NCBI GenBank assembly: GCA_964569655.1
Contig: CAZMTN010000002.1
Location: 134,295 to 198,294, forward strand
Length of the DNA stretch: 64,000 bases
Direction: 5' to 3'
From: an uncultured Candidatus Saccharibacteria bacterium
GTDB lineage: Bacteria; Patescibacteriota; Minisyncoccia; Phycocordibacterales; Phycocordibacteraceae
The notes beneath the pieces were generated by a model. The model saw only the letters and a program-made list of their open reading frames with translations. It searched no databases and had not been told where the DNA came from. Of this stretch, positions 34,423 to 44,128 are shown piece by piece. The translations under genes and the position numbers were made by a program. Position 1 is the first letter of the stretch. The number at the start of each line of letters is the position of its first letter.

Positions 34423-37400
34423 ATGGAGAAATCAGAGGCGGCGCTCCGGGAAGAGAAGATCCTCCAGTTCTGGGAGGATCGAGGCATCTTTAAGAAGTCC
34501 CTGGAGAAGCCTTCGCCGAAAGGGGAGTTCGTCTTCTACGAAGGTCCGCCTACCGCGAACGGGCGCCCCGGCATCCATCACCTCGAGTCTCGAGCGTTCA
34601 AGGACGCCATCCCGCGCTATAAGACCATGCGCGGCTACCGCGTCCCGCGCCGCGCCGGCTGGGACACGCACGGCCTCCCGGTAGAGCTCGAGGTGGAGAA
34701 GGAGCTCGGGTTCTCGGGGAAGAAGGAGATCGAGACCTACGGCATCGCGGCGTTCAACCGCAAATGCCGCGAGAGCGTGCTCCGCTACATCGGCGACTGG
34801 GAAGTCTTCACGAAGCGCATGGGCTACTGGGTGGACGCGTCCAAGGCGTACTTCACCTTCGATGCCTCCTATATGGAAGCGGTGTGGGGCGTGTTCAAGA
34901 CGGCAGCGGACTCCGGCCGCCTCTACAAGGATTACAAGGTGGTGCCGTGGTGCCCTAGATGCGAGACGGCGCTCTCCTCGCACGAACTCGCGCAAGGATA
35001 CGAGGACGTCTCGGACCTCTCGGTGACAGCGAAGTTCGAGCTCGTCGACGAGCCAGGTACCTACGTCGTCGCCTGGACCACGACGCCGTGGACGCTTCCG
35101 GGGAACGTCGGCCTCGCGGTGGGTCCGAACATCAAGTACGGCATTTACATAAAGGAAGGCGTGAAGGTCATCGTCGCGGACGCGCGCGCAAGCGTGCTCG
35201 GCGAAGGCTGGGAGCGGAGTTCGGACGCGCCGGACCTCGTCGGCAAGGCATACAAGCCGCTCTACGATTTCCTCTCGCCGCTCGCGGAAGGGAAGGAGAA
35301 GGAGAATCTGCAGAACGCGTGGAAGATCTACGCGGCTGATTTCGTAACTACCGAGGACGGTACCGGCGTGGTGCACACGGCAGTGATGTACGGCCAGGAC
35401 GACTTCGCGCTCGGCCAGAAGGTAGGTTTGCCGAAGGTGCATCTTGTCGCGCCGAACGGCCGCTACGTATCCGGCACCGGCTTCCTCGAGAACCGCTTCG
35501 TCCGGGACGAGGAGGTAGCGGTGGATATCATCAAGGATCTCGCGGGCCGCGGGCTCCTCTTCAGCAAGGCGAAGTACCAGCACACGTATCCGTTCTGCTG
35601 GCGCTGCAAGACCGCGCTCATCTATTACGCGCGCGATTCGTGGTACTTCCGCATGACGGATCTCGCGGGGGAGCTTTCGAAGGAGAACAAAGGCATCCAC
35701 TGGGAGCCGAGCCATTTCCGCGACGGCCGCATGGGCGAGTGGCTCGCGAACGTGAAGGACTGGGCGATTTCGCGTGAGCGCTACTGGGCGACGCCGCTTC
35801 CGGTATGGCGGAGCGAGGATGGGGATCAAGTTGTCATCGGATCGGTGGAGGAGTTGAAGGCGCGTACGAAGAAGAGCGGAAATACGTACTTCTTCATGCG
35901 CCACGGCCAGTCCGAGACGAATGTCCGAAAAATCGCTAGCGTCGACGCGGAATCGAAGTACCCGCTCACGGCGAAGGGGCGGGGGCAGGCAGTGGCCGCT
36001 GCGAAGAAGCTCAGCGGGGTGACGCGCATCTATACCTCGCCGGTGCTCCGCGCGCGTGAGACCGCAGAGATCGTCGCTGAGGAGGTCGGATTCCCGAAGG
36101 AAGAGATCATCGTCGACGATCGGCTCCGCGAGTATGGATTCGGCGATCTCGAAGGGAAGTCGATTACCGAGTTCCAGAGGATGCAGGAAGGGCTCGGCTA
36201 CGCGGATCCGGTCCCGGGCGGGGAGAGCTATCAGGATGTGAAGAATCGCGTCGGCGATTTCCTCTATGAGATCGAGACCGCGCTCGCGGGCGAGACCGTG
36301 CTCATCGTGACCCACGGCGCAGTGAACGAGGTGCGCGAGGCGCTGGCTTCGGGCGCCGATAAGAAGGTCTCGAAGGAGCTTGTCGATTCCGGGTACGTGG
36401 AAGCGGGCACCGTCTCCCCGCTTGCATTCGTCCCGCTCCCGCACAACGAGCGCTACGAGCTCGACCTCCATCGCCCGTACATAGATGATGTGGTACTCCT
36501 TTCAGATTCCGGGAAAGCCATGCGCCGCACGCCAGAGGTTATGGACGTCTGGTTCGACTCAGGCGCCATGCCGTTCGCGCAGAACGCGAAGGATCGGAAG
36601 CCTGGATCCTTGAAGGACTATTTCGATACCGTGCCGTACCCGGGTCAGTACATCAGCGAAGCGATAGACCAGACGCGCGGTTGGTTCTACACCCTGCTCG
36701 CAGTCGGCGTGCTCATGGGGCGCGGCGCATCCTATAAGAACGTGATCTGCCTCGGGCACCTCCTCGATGCCGAAGGGAAGAAGATGTCGAAGTCGAAGGG
36801 GAACGTGGTGGTGCCGGGCCCCGAGATGGACAAGTGGGGCGTCGATACCATCCGCTTCTGGATGTACAGCGTGAATCAGCCCGGAGACAGCAAGAATTAC
36901 GACGAGAAGACCATGAAGGAAGCGTCGCGTACGCTCTCGTGGCTCACCAACAGCGCGAAATTCTACGAGCTCTTCGCTGCGGATAAGAAAGGGGGAGCCA
37001 AGAAGCAGTTCATCGACCGCTGGATGGAGCAGCGCGTGGCTGACACGGTGCGCGCCGTCACCGAGGACCTCGAGGGCTACAAGCTCTATGAGGCGGCTAC
37101 CGAGGTCGCCTCGCTCTGCGAGGACCTCTCGCAGTGGTACGTGCGCCGCATCCGCGATCGCGCGAAGGAGGGGGACGCTGCCGCAATCGGCACGCTGCGC
37201 CATGCGCTCAAGTCGATCGCGCTGCTTGTCGCGCCGTTCGCGCCGTTCATCGCGGAGGACGTGTATCAGGTGGTAAAGCAGGAGACGGATCCGGAAAGCG
37301 TGCATCTCGCGCAGTGGCCGGTCGCGAAGGAATCATTCCTTTCGCGGTGGTTCAATAAGGACACGTCGGTCGCTGAGATGAAGAGGGTGCGCTCGCTCGC

Positions 37401-37755
37401 ATCCGAGGCGCTCATGCTCCGCCAGAAGGCGGGCAGCAAGGTGCGTCAGCCGCTCGCGAGCCTATCCATCCCAGGCACGCTCTCTGCGGGAGCGCAGGCG
37501 CTGCTCGCTGAAGAAGTGAACGTGAAGCAGATCATCTGCAACGCCCCCGAGCTTGCTCTCGACACCAACCTCACCACCGAGCTCATCCGCGAAGGGGACG
37601 AGCGCGAGATGCTCCGTGCGGTCGCGGAAGCACGAAAGACGCTCGGCCTCTCGCCGAAGGATAGGATGCGCGTCGACGTGAACGCGGAGGGCGCATACGC
37701 GGTCGAGCTCTCCACCGGCACGCAGAAGTTCGATCTCGTCCCTGATGCGGCATAA
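34423..37755 (+). CDS. ileS: isoleucyl-tRNA synthetase with an inserted histidine-phosphatase (PGAM-like) domain
   Basis: 1110 aa; HIGH region (PTANGRPGIHH), CP1 editing domain, WAISRERYWATPLPVW, DVWFDSG, KMSKS (KMSKSKGN); about 230 aa inserted between the WxISRxR and DVWFDSG motifs carrying RHGQSETN and THGAV motifs. Confidence 0.9.
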   Translation: MEKSEAALREEKILQFWEDRGIFKKSLEKPSPKGEFVFYEGPPTANGRPGIHHLESRAFKDAIPRYKTMRGYRVPRRAGWDTHGLPVELEVEKELGFSGKKEIETYGIAAFNRKCRESVLRYIGDWEVFTKRMGYWVDASKAYFTFDASYMEAVWGVFKTAADSGRLYKDYKVVPWCPRCETALSSHELAQGYEDVSDLSVTAKFELVDEPGTYVVAWTTTPWTLPGNVGLAVGPNIKYGIYIKEGVKVIVADARASVLGEGWERSSDAPDLVGKAYKPLYDFLSPLAEGKEKENLQNAWKIYAADFVTTEDGTGVVHTAVMYGQDDFALGQKVGLPKVHLVAPNGRYVSGTGFLENRFVRDEEVAVDIIKDLAGRGLLFSKAKYQHTYPFCWRCKTALIYYARDSWYFRMTDLAGELSKENKGIHWEPSHFRDGRMGEWLANVKDWAISRERYWATPLPVWRSEDGDQVVIGSVEELKARTKKSGNTYFFMRHGQSETNVRKIASVDAESKYPLTAKGRGQAVAAAKKLSGVTRIYTSPVLRARETAEIVAEEVGFPKEEIIVDDRLREYGFGDLEGKSITEFQRMQEGLGYADPVPGGESYQDVKNRVGDFLYEIETALAGETVLIVTHGAVNEVREALASGADKKVSKELVDSGYVEAGTVSPLAFVPLPHNERYELDLHRPYIDDVVLLSDSGKAMRRTPEVMDVWFDSGAMPFAQNAKDRKPGSLKDYFDTVPYPGQYISEAIDQTRGWFYTLLAVGVLMGRGASYKNVICLGHLLDAEGKKMSKSKGNVVVPGPEMDKWGVDTIRFWMYSVNQPGDSKNYDEKTMKEASRTLSWLTNSAKFYELFAADKKGGAKKQFIDRWMEQRVADTVRAVTEDLEGYKLYEAATEVASLCEDLSQWYVRRIRDRAKEGDAAAIGTLRHALKSIALLVAPFAPFIAEDVYQVVKQETDPESVHLAQWPVAKESFLSRWFNKDTSVAEMKRVRSLASEALMLRQKAGSKVRQPLASLSIPGTLSAGAQALLAEEVNVKQIICNAPELALDTNLTTELIREGDEREMLRAVAEARKTLGLSPKDRMRVDVNAEGAYAVELSTGTQKFDLVPDAA

Positions 37756-38314
37756 GTATCCGAGCGAAGCCATCGTGCTTGCGCGGACGCCGCTCGCGGA
37801 GGAGAGCGCGCTCCTCACACTCCTCACGAGAGAGCTCGGCCTGGTACGTGCCCGTGCGCAGGGAGTGCGCAAGCCCGGCGCGAAGCTGTCCGCCTCGCTC
37901 CAGACCTTCTCGGAAGCGGAAGTGGTGCTCATCGCGGGGAAGGAGGGATGGCGCGTCTCTGGCGCGCTCCTGCAGGAAGCGTGGTTCCCGAAGCTCTCGC
38001 GTGCGGCTCGGACGCGCGCCGGGCGCATCGCGTCCCTGCTCTTGCGTCTCGTGCATGGCGAATCGCCGGATCCGCACGCCTACGACATATTCCGGAACGC
38101 GCTCATCGCGTTCGCAGAGTTCCCGGAGGACCAGCATGATGCCATCGAGTGCTTGGCAGCGCTCCAGCTCCTTTCCATACTCGGCCTCGACGCCGGAGCG
38201 CTGCCCGGCGCCGCAGCAGAGCCTTTCACCGAGGAAGCGCTCGCATCCGTCACGAAGGAGCGCGCGTCGTATATCGCTCGCGTGAACCGGGGCATCGCTG
38301 CCTCGGGCCTTTGA
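37745..38314 (+). CDS. recO: DNA repair protein RecO
   Basis: 189 aa; N-terminal OB-fold pattern AIVLARTPLAEESALLTLLTRELG. Confidence 0.7.
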   Translation: MRHKYPSEAIVLARTPLAEESALLTLLTRELGLVRARAQGVRKPGAKLSASLQTFSEAEVVLIAGKEGWRVSGALLQEAWFPKLSRAARTRAGRIASLLLRLVHGESPDPHAYDIFRNALIAFAEFPEDQHDAIECLAALQLLSILGLDAGALPGAAAEPFTEEALASVTKERASYIARVNRGIAASGL

Positions 38315-38328
38315 GTTATACTGGGCGC

Positions 38329-40209
38329 ATGCCTCACGAAGAAGATAGCGCTCTCGAGCGCATGCGCTCCCGCCTCTACGCGCCGAATGCGGACAAGGAG
38401 GCGCTCGGGCAGGATGAGCTCAGCGAGCGCGCGAGCGAGGTGCCCCGCGGATGGAATCCGCCCCCGGAGATGCCCAAGAAACCTACCTACAAGACCCTGC
38501 CGCTCTCATTGAAGTTCCTTCTCGGGGCGCTCGGCTTCTGCATCGTCGCCGGCCTCGCCACCGCCTACTTCCTCTTCATGGGCGGCAGGACCGTATCCAC
38601 GGACAACATTGATATCGATATCGAGGCGCCGGTCACGGCTGCCGGCGGAGACACCATCTCCATCCAGATCGCGATCGAGAACCGCAACCCGGTCGCCATC
38701 AAGGATACGGACTTCTCGGTGGAGTTCCCGGAAGGGACCCGCTCCGCCGACGACGTCACGAAGCCGTTCACCCGCTATAACGACACGCTCGGGGAAGTGG
38801 AATCCGGCCGCGCGGTGGTGCGCACCATCCGCGCTACCGTCTTCGGCGCGGAGAACAGTACTGTCCGCATCCCGATCCGGCTCGAGTACCGTACGGTCAC
38901 CTCGAACGCGGTGTTCGTGAGAGAGGAGGTGTACGAGCTCACTATCACGTCCTCGCCGATGTCGGTCACGGCGACGTCGGTGTCCGAGATCTCGTCCGGC
39001 CAGCCGCTCACCGTCTCGCTCTCGGTCCGTTCGAACGCTACTGAGCCGCTGACCGATGTCGCGCTCAAGCCTGAGTTCCCGTTCGGCTTCACGCTCGGCG
39101 AGGCGTCGCTTCCGCTTGAGAGCGGCCTCTTCGATCTCGGCACGCTGCGTCCAGGCCAGGAGCGGAAGATCACGGTCTCGGGGACGCTCGCCGGCGAAAA
39201 TAATGACGAGCGCGTCTTCCGGTGGAGCGCCGGATCGGTCGCGACGAGCACCAACGGAGCGCTTGGCGTCGTGTTCGCGACCGCCGAGTCGTCGGTCACC
39301 ATCACGCGCCCGTTCTTCGACGTATCCCTCTCTTTGAATAACGAGACGACCGGCACGCCGGTCGTCGCTGCAGGGCAGACGGTGCAGGGCGTTGTGCGCT
39401 GGCGCAACACGCTCGATGATCCCATCACGGACGGCTCCGTCATCATCGCGCTCTCGGGGAACGCTTACGACCCGAAGAGCGTGGTGGCGGACAACGGCTT
39501 CTACCGCTCCTCCGATAACACCATCCGCTTCGACCGCGACACGGACTCGGGGCTGCGTTCCATCGCGCCTGGAGACACTGGGGTAGGGACCTTCTCGTTC
39601 CGGATCAAGTCCGGCAGCGAGCTCGACTCGCTCCGGAACCCGTCCGCGACCTTCACTGTCTCCTCCTCCGGCCGCCGCGTCGGCCAATCCGGAGTCCCGG
39701 AGTCGCTTACCGCGGTCATCACTCGCTCGGTGAAGATCGCGACCGGGATCTCGCTCGAGTCGCGCGCCGTGCGCTCGGTCGGGCCGTTCACGAACACGGG
39801 CCCTATCCCGCCCGAGCCCGACCGGGAGACGACGTACACCATCATGCTCACCGCGCAGAACGACGTGAACTCCATCGGCGGCGCGACGGTCACCATGACG
39901 CTTCCGTCGTACGTCCGCTTCACGGGGCTCACCAATCCGAACGGCTCGGTCACCTACACCGAATCCACTCGCACGGTGAAGTGGGTGCCGGGGGACATCG
40001 GCCCGAACACGACGAAGCAGGCATCTTTCCAGGTCGGATTCACGCCGAGCTCGTCGCAGTCCAATTCGAGCCCGATGATCGTGTCCGCGCAGAGCCTCAC
40101 CGGCACCGACCGCTTCACGCAGACCAGCATCACGAGCACTGCGCCGATGCTCACCATCGAGACCGATACCGACCCCGCCTACGATAAGGAGGATGGCTCG
40201 GTAGAGTAG
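38329..40209 (+). CDS. large membrane-anchored surface protein with repeated beta-sandwich (CARDB/DUF11-like) segments
   Basis: 626 aa from MPHEED; one TM helix near residue 70; Thr/Ser/Val-rich repeated about 100-aa units; a TATACT -10-like element 8 nt before the ATG. Confidence 0.6.
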   Translation: MPHEEDSALERMRSRLYAPNADKEALGQDELSERASEVPRGWNPPPEMPKKPTYKTLPLSLKFLLGALGFCIVAGLATAYFLFMGGRTVSTDNIDIDIEAPVTAAGGDTISIQIAIENRNPVAIKDTDFSVEFPEGTRSADDVTKPFTRYNDTLGEVESGRAVVRTIRATVFGAENSTVRIPIRLEYRTVTSNAVFVREEVYELTITSSPMSVTATSVSEISSGQPLTVSLSVRSNATEPLTDVALKPEFPFGFTLGEASLPLESGLFDLGTLRPGQERKITVSGTLAGENNDERVFRWSAGSVATSTNGALGVVFATAESSVTITRPFFDVSLSLNNETTGTPVVAAGQTVQGVVRWRNTLDDPITDGSVIIALSGNAYDPKSVVADNGFYRSSDNTIRFDRDTDSGLRSIAPGDTGVGTFSFRIKSGSELDSLRNPSATFTVSSSGRRVGQSGVPESLTAVITRSVKIATGISLESRAVRSVGPFTNTGPIPPEPDRETTYTIMLTAQNDVNSIGGATVTMTLPSYVRFTGLTNPNGSVTYTESTRTVKWVPGDIGPNTTKQASFQVGFTPSSSQSNSSPMIVSAQSLTGTDRFTQTSITSTAPMLTIETDTDPAYDKEDGSVE

Positions 40210-40228
40210 TTCGTGGTAATACAACCCT

Positions 40229-41554
40229 ATGGCTGAACCCACCCTCATGGAGAAGATCGTCTCGCTCGCGAAGCGCCGCGGCTTCGTGTTCCCGGGCTCC
40301 GAGATCTACGGCGGTCTCGCGGGCACCTATGACTACGGCCACTACGGCCTCATCCTGAAGAACAATATTAAGCAGCTCTGGTGGCGGATGATGGTGGAGG
40401 AGCGCGACGACATGTTCGGCGTAGACGCCGCGATCCTGATGAACCCGAAAATCTGGGAATCGTCCGGGCACGTCTCCGGCTTCTCTGATCCGCTTACTGA
40501 GTGCGAGAAGTGCAAACGCCGCTTCCGCGCGGACCAGCTCGACGACCCGACTACCTGCCCCGAGTGCGAAGGGAAGCTCGGCGAGGCGCGCCAGTTCAAT
40601 ATGATGTTCAAGACGCAGATCGGCGCTTCCGAGGATGCGTCCTCCATTTCGTACCTCCGCCCGGAGACGGCTGGCGGCATCTTCGCCAATTTCAAGAACA
40701 CCGTGGATACGCTTCATCCGAAGCTGCCGTTCGGCATCGCACAGATCGGCAAGGCGTTCAGAAATGAGATCGCGCCGCGCGACTTCATCTTCCGCCTCCG
40801 CGAGCTCGAGCAGATGGAGGTTGAATATTTTGTACGTCCGAGCCAGTGGCAGGAAGCGTTCGAGATGTGGCGCACCATGATGCACAGCTTCGCCGAAGCG
40901 GTCGGTCTCAGGACCGAGGCAGTGCACGAGCTCGAGGTAGCTGATGGGGATCGCGCCCATTATTCGAGGCGCACCATTGATTTTGAGTTCGACTACCCGT
41001 TCGGCAGGAAGGAGCTCTGGGGCCTTGCGTATCGCACCGACTTCGACCTCTCCGCGCATCAGGACGGCTCGGGAGTGAACCTTGAATACATGGATGAGGA
41101 AACGAAGGAGAAGTTCATTCCGCACGTGATTGAGCCGTCTCTTGGCGTCGACCGCACTCTGCTTGCCATCCTAGCGAGCGCTTACCGCGAAGATGACCTC
41201 GGCGGCGAGGTCCGCACGTATCTTGCCCTCGCGCCGAAGATCGCGCCGGTGAAGGCCATGGTCTCTCCGCTTTTGAAGAATAAGCCTGAGCTCGTCGAGA
41301 AGGCGAAGGAAGTACGCAAGCTGCTCCAGAAGGTGCATCCGGCCATCGCGTGGGACGACAACGGCAACATCGGCAAGCGCTACCGCCGCCAGGACGAGAT
41401 CGGCACGCCGTTCTGCATCACCGTCGATTTCGACACGCTCGGCGAGAATCCGGAGCTCCTCGATACGGTCACGCTGCGCCACCGCGATAGCGGGGAACAG
41501 GAGCGCCTCACTATCGCTGAAGCTGCGGAGCGCATCCGCGCTGCAGTTTCCTAA
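40229..41554 (+). CDS. glyS: glycyl-tRNA synthetase, class II alpha2 (archaeal/eukaryal-like) type
   Basis: 441 aa; N-terminal MEKIVSLAKRRGFVFPGSEIYGG; class II motifs; C-terminal anticodon-binding domain. Confidence 0.88.
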   Translation: MAEPTLMEKIVSLAKRRGFVFPGSEIYGGLAGTYDYGHYGLILKNNIKQLWWRMMVEERDDMFGVDAAILMNPKIWESSGHVSGFSDPLTECEKCKRRFRADQLDDPTTCPECEGKLGEARQFNMMFKTQIGASEDASSISYLRPETAGGIFANFKNTVDTLHPKLPFGIAQIGKAFRNEIAPRDFIFRLRELEQMEVEYFVRPSQWQEAFEMWRTMMHSFAEAVGLRTEAVHELEVADGDRAHYSRRTIDFEFDYPFGRKELWGLAYRTDFDLSAHQDGSGVNLEYMDEETKEKFIPHVIEPSLGVDRTLLAILASAYREDDLGGEVRTYLALAPKIAPVKAMVSPLLKNKPELVEKAKEVRKLLQKVHPAIAWDDNGNIGKRYRRQDEIGTPFCITVDFDTLGENPELLDTVTLRHRDSGEQERLTIAEAAERIRAAVS

Positions 41555-41566
41555 GACGCCCGTTCA

Positions 41567-41600
41567 ATCGCCCTGAAAAGGGCGGTTATGCTATATTTCC
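41567..41600 (+). terminator. weak rho-independent terminator after glyS
   Basis: cgccct-gaaa-agggcg followed by an AT-rich tail. Confidence 0.4.
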
Positions 41601-41603
41601 CCT

Positions 41604-42647
41604 ATGGATAGACAGCTCGGCATCTCCATCACCTCGGGCACCCTCATCAAGGCCATCGTCATCGGCGTAGCCGCATACCTGGTCTGGATCCTCCGGGACC
41701 TCCTCCTCCTCATCCTCACGGCCATCGTGATCGCGTCCGCCATCGAGCCGGGCGTGGTCTTCTTCACGCGCCACCGCATCCCGCGCCTTCTCGCGGTGCT
41801 CCTCATGTACCTCATCGTCTTCGGGTCTTTCTTCACCATCATCTATTTCTTCCTCCCACCGCTCCTCGCGGACGCCTCCTCCTTCTTCGCGTCCCTGCCG
41901 CAGTACTTGAATTCCTTCCAGCCGGAGAGCTCCTTGGTAGGCGTGACGGACGCCGCATCGCACCTCACGAGCGAGCAGAATTCCATCCTCACCGCGCTCG
42001 ACATCTTCCGCGGCGCGTTCACGACCGGCACGAGCGGCGCCATCCACCTCATCTCGACGTTCTTCGGCGGCATCTTCTCCTTGCTGCTCGTCATCGTGCT
42101 CTCGTTCTACTTCGCGATGCAGGAGACCGGCATCGACGACTTCCTCCGCCTCATCACGCCGAAGAAGCATGAAGCGTACGTGGTGGACCTGTGGCTGCGC
42201 GCCAAGGCGAAGATCGGCCTCTGGATGCAGGGCCAGCTCCTCCTTTCCGTAATCGTCGCCGTGCTCACCTCGCTCGGCCTCTTCATCATGGGCGTCCCGT
42301 ACGCGCTCCTGCTCGGCATCATCACCGGCATGGCGGAACTGGTGCCGATCTTCGGCTCCCTGGTCGCCGGCGTGATCGCCATCATCGTGGCATTCGGCGC
42401 CGGCGGTCTCCCGCTCGCGTTCATCGTGGCGGGCCTCTACGTGATCATCAACCAGTTCGAGGCGAACCTCATCTATCCGCTGGTGGTGAAGAAGGTGGTG
42501 GGCATACCACCGCTACTCGTGATCATAGCCCTCATAGCTGGGGGCGAGATCGCCGGTTTCCTCGGCCTCCTCCTTTCCGTGCCTATCGCTGCTGCCGCGC
42601 AGGAGTTCTTCTCGGACTACTCGAAGAGCAAGCAGCTCATCTCGTAA
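41604..42647 (+). CDS. AI-2E family transporter (PerM/UPF0118 permease)
   Basis: 347 aa; 7-8 TM helices; characteristic C-terminal PLVV...GGL.G.LL.PI block. Confidence 0.7.
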   Translation: MDRQLGISITSGTLIKAIVIGVAAYLVWILRDLLLLILTAIVIASAIEPGVVFFTRHRIPRLLAVLLMYLIVFGSFFTIIYFFLPPLLADASSFFASLPQYLNSFQPESSLVGVTDAASHLTSEQNSILTALDIFRGAFTTGTSGAIHLISTFFGGIFSLLLVIVLSFYFAMQETGIDDFLRLITPKKHEAYVVDLWLRAKAKIGLWMQGQLLLSVIVAVLTSLGLFIMGVPYALLLGIITGMAELVPIFGSLVAGVIAIIVAFGAGGLPLAFIVAGLYVIINQFEANLIYPLVVKKVVGIPPLLVIIALIAGGEIAGFLGLLLSVPIAAAAQEFFSDYSKSKQLIS

Positions 42648-44086
42648 TGCGCCGCTACCTCACGACAACCCTGCCGTACGTGAACGACAAGCCGCACATC
42701 GGGCATGCGCTCGAGTTCGTGCAGGCGGACGCGTACGCGCGTACGCTTCGCGCGGGCGGGGACGAGGTGTTCTTCAACACCGGCACCGACGAGCACGGTT
42801 CGAAGATCTACAAGATGGCGAACGAGGCGGGGCAGACCCCGCAGGACTATGCCGACCGCTTCGCGGAGCAGTTCAAGAAGCTCCATGCGCTCCTCGGCAT
42901 CTCGTACGATGCCTTCATCCGCACGACGGATCCGGGTCACGTGGCGGCAGCCGAGGAGTTCTGGAAGCGGTGCGCTGCTGCCGGCGACATCTACAAGAAG
43001 GCGTACCAGGTGAAGTACTGCATGGGCTGCGAGCTCGAGAAGACGGATTCCGAGCTCTCGAACGGGCGCTGCATGCTCCATCCGAACCTCGAGCTCGAGC
43101 TCCGCGATGAGGAGAACTATTTCTTCCGCTTCAGCAAATACGAGGATGCGCTCTCGAAGCTCTATCGCGAGCATTCGGAGCTCGTGGTGCCGTCTTTCCG
43201 CCTGAACGAGTTCACCTCGCTCATGGAGAAGGACGGCCTCCAAGACTTCAGCATCTCCCGATTAAAGTCGAAGATGCCGTGGGGCGTCTCGGTCCCGGGA
43301 GACGAGGAACAGGTCATGTATGTCTGGTTCGACGCGCTCGTGAGCTACATCTCGACGCTCGGCTGGCCTGACACGGAGAAGTTCGACGCGTTCTGGACCG
43401 GCAAGGCGATCCAATTCGCCGGGAAGGACCAGGTCCGCCAGCAGGCCGCGATGTGGCAGGCGATGCTCCTGTCCGCGGGACTCCCGCCGACGGGGCAGAT
43501 TTTCATACACGGGTTCGTGACGAGCAACGGGCAGAAGATGTCGAAGTCCCTCGGCAATACGGTTGATCCGGTCGAATACGCGGAGAAGTACGGCGTGGAC
43601 GCGTTCCGCTACTTCGTGCTGCGCCACGTGCACCCTTCGGAAGACAGCGATTTCACCCGCGAGCGCTTCGAGGAGGTCTATACCGCGAACCTCTCGAACG
43701 GCCTCGGGAACCTGGTCGCGCGCGTGATGAAGCTCGCCGAGGATAATTTCACGGCGCCGGTGACCCTCACCGAGGAGGACGTCGCCATCGAGCCGGCATT
43801 CACCGAGCACATCGAGAAGTTCCGCTTCAACGATGCGATGGACCTCATCTGGGAGCACATCGGCAAGGGAGACGCCTTCATGACGGAGCACGAGCCGTAT
43901 AAGAAGGTGAAGAGCGAGGATGAGCAGATAAAGGCGGAAGGGAGGTTCGAGATCGAGAAGCTGGTGCGGCACGTCGCGAAGGTGGCTGCGCATTTGGCCC
44001 CCGTGATGCCGAAGACGTCGGAGACTATGATGAAAGCGGTGAAGGAGAACAAGAAGCCGGAGAATCTCTTCCCGAGGCTCGGATAA
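42647..44086 (+). CDS. metG: methionyl-tRNA synthetase (short form without C-terminal tRNA-binding domain)
   Basis: start at MRRYLTTTLPYVNDKPHIGH (HIGH); zinc knuckle CxxC...CxxC; KMSKS; TAATG overlap with the upstream stop. Confidence 0.88.
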   Translation: MRRYLTTTLPYVNDKPHIGHALEFVQADAYARTLRAGGDEVFFNTGTDEHGSKIYKMANEAGQTPQDYADRFAEQFKKLHALLGISYDAFIRTTDPGHVAAAEEFWKRCAAAGDIYKKAYQVKYCMGCELEKTDSELSNGRCMLHPNLELELRDEENYFFRFSKYEDALSKLYREHSELVVPSFRLNEFTSLMEKDGLQDFSISRLKSKMPWGVSVPGDEEQVMYVWFDALVSYISTLGWPDTEKFDAFWTGKAIQFAGKDQVRQQAAMWQAMLLSAGLPPTGQIFIHGFVTSNGQKMSKSLGNTVDPVEYAEKYGVDAFRYFVLRHVHPSEDSDFTRERFEEVYTANLSNGLGNLVARVMKLAEDNFTAPVTLTEEDVAIEPAFTEHIEKFRFNDAMDLIWEHIGKGDAFMTEHEPYKKVKSEDEQIKAEGRFEIEKLVRHVAKVAAHLAPVMPKTSETMMKAVKENKKPENLFPRLG

Positions 44087-44128
44087 GAAGAAACCCCGCT
44101 CCTGACTAGCAGAAGCGGGGGATAGTGC

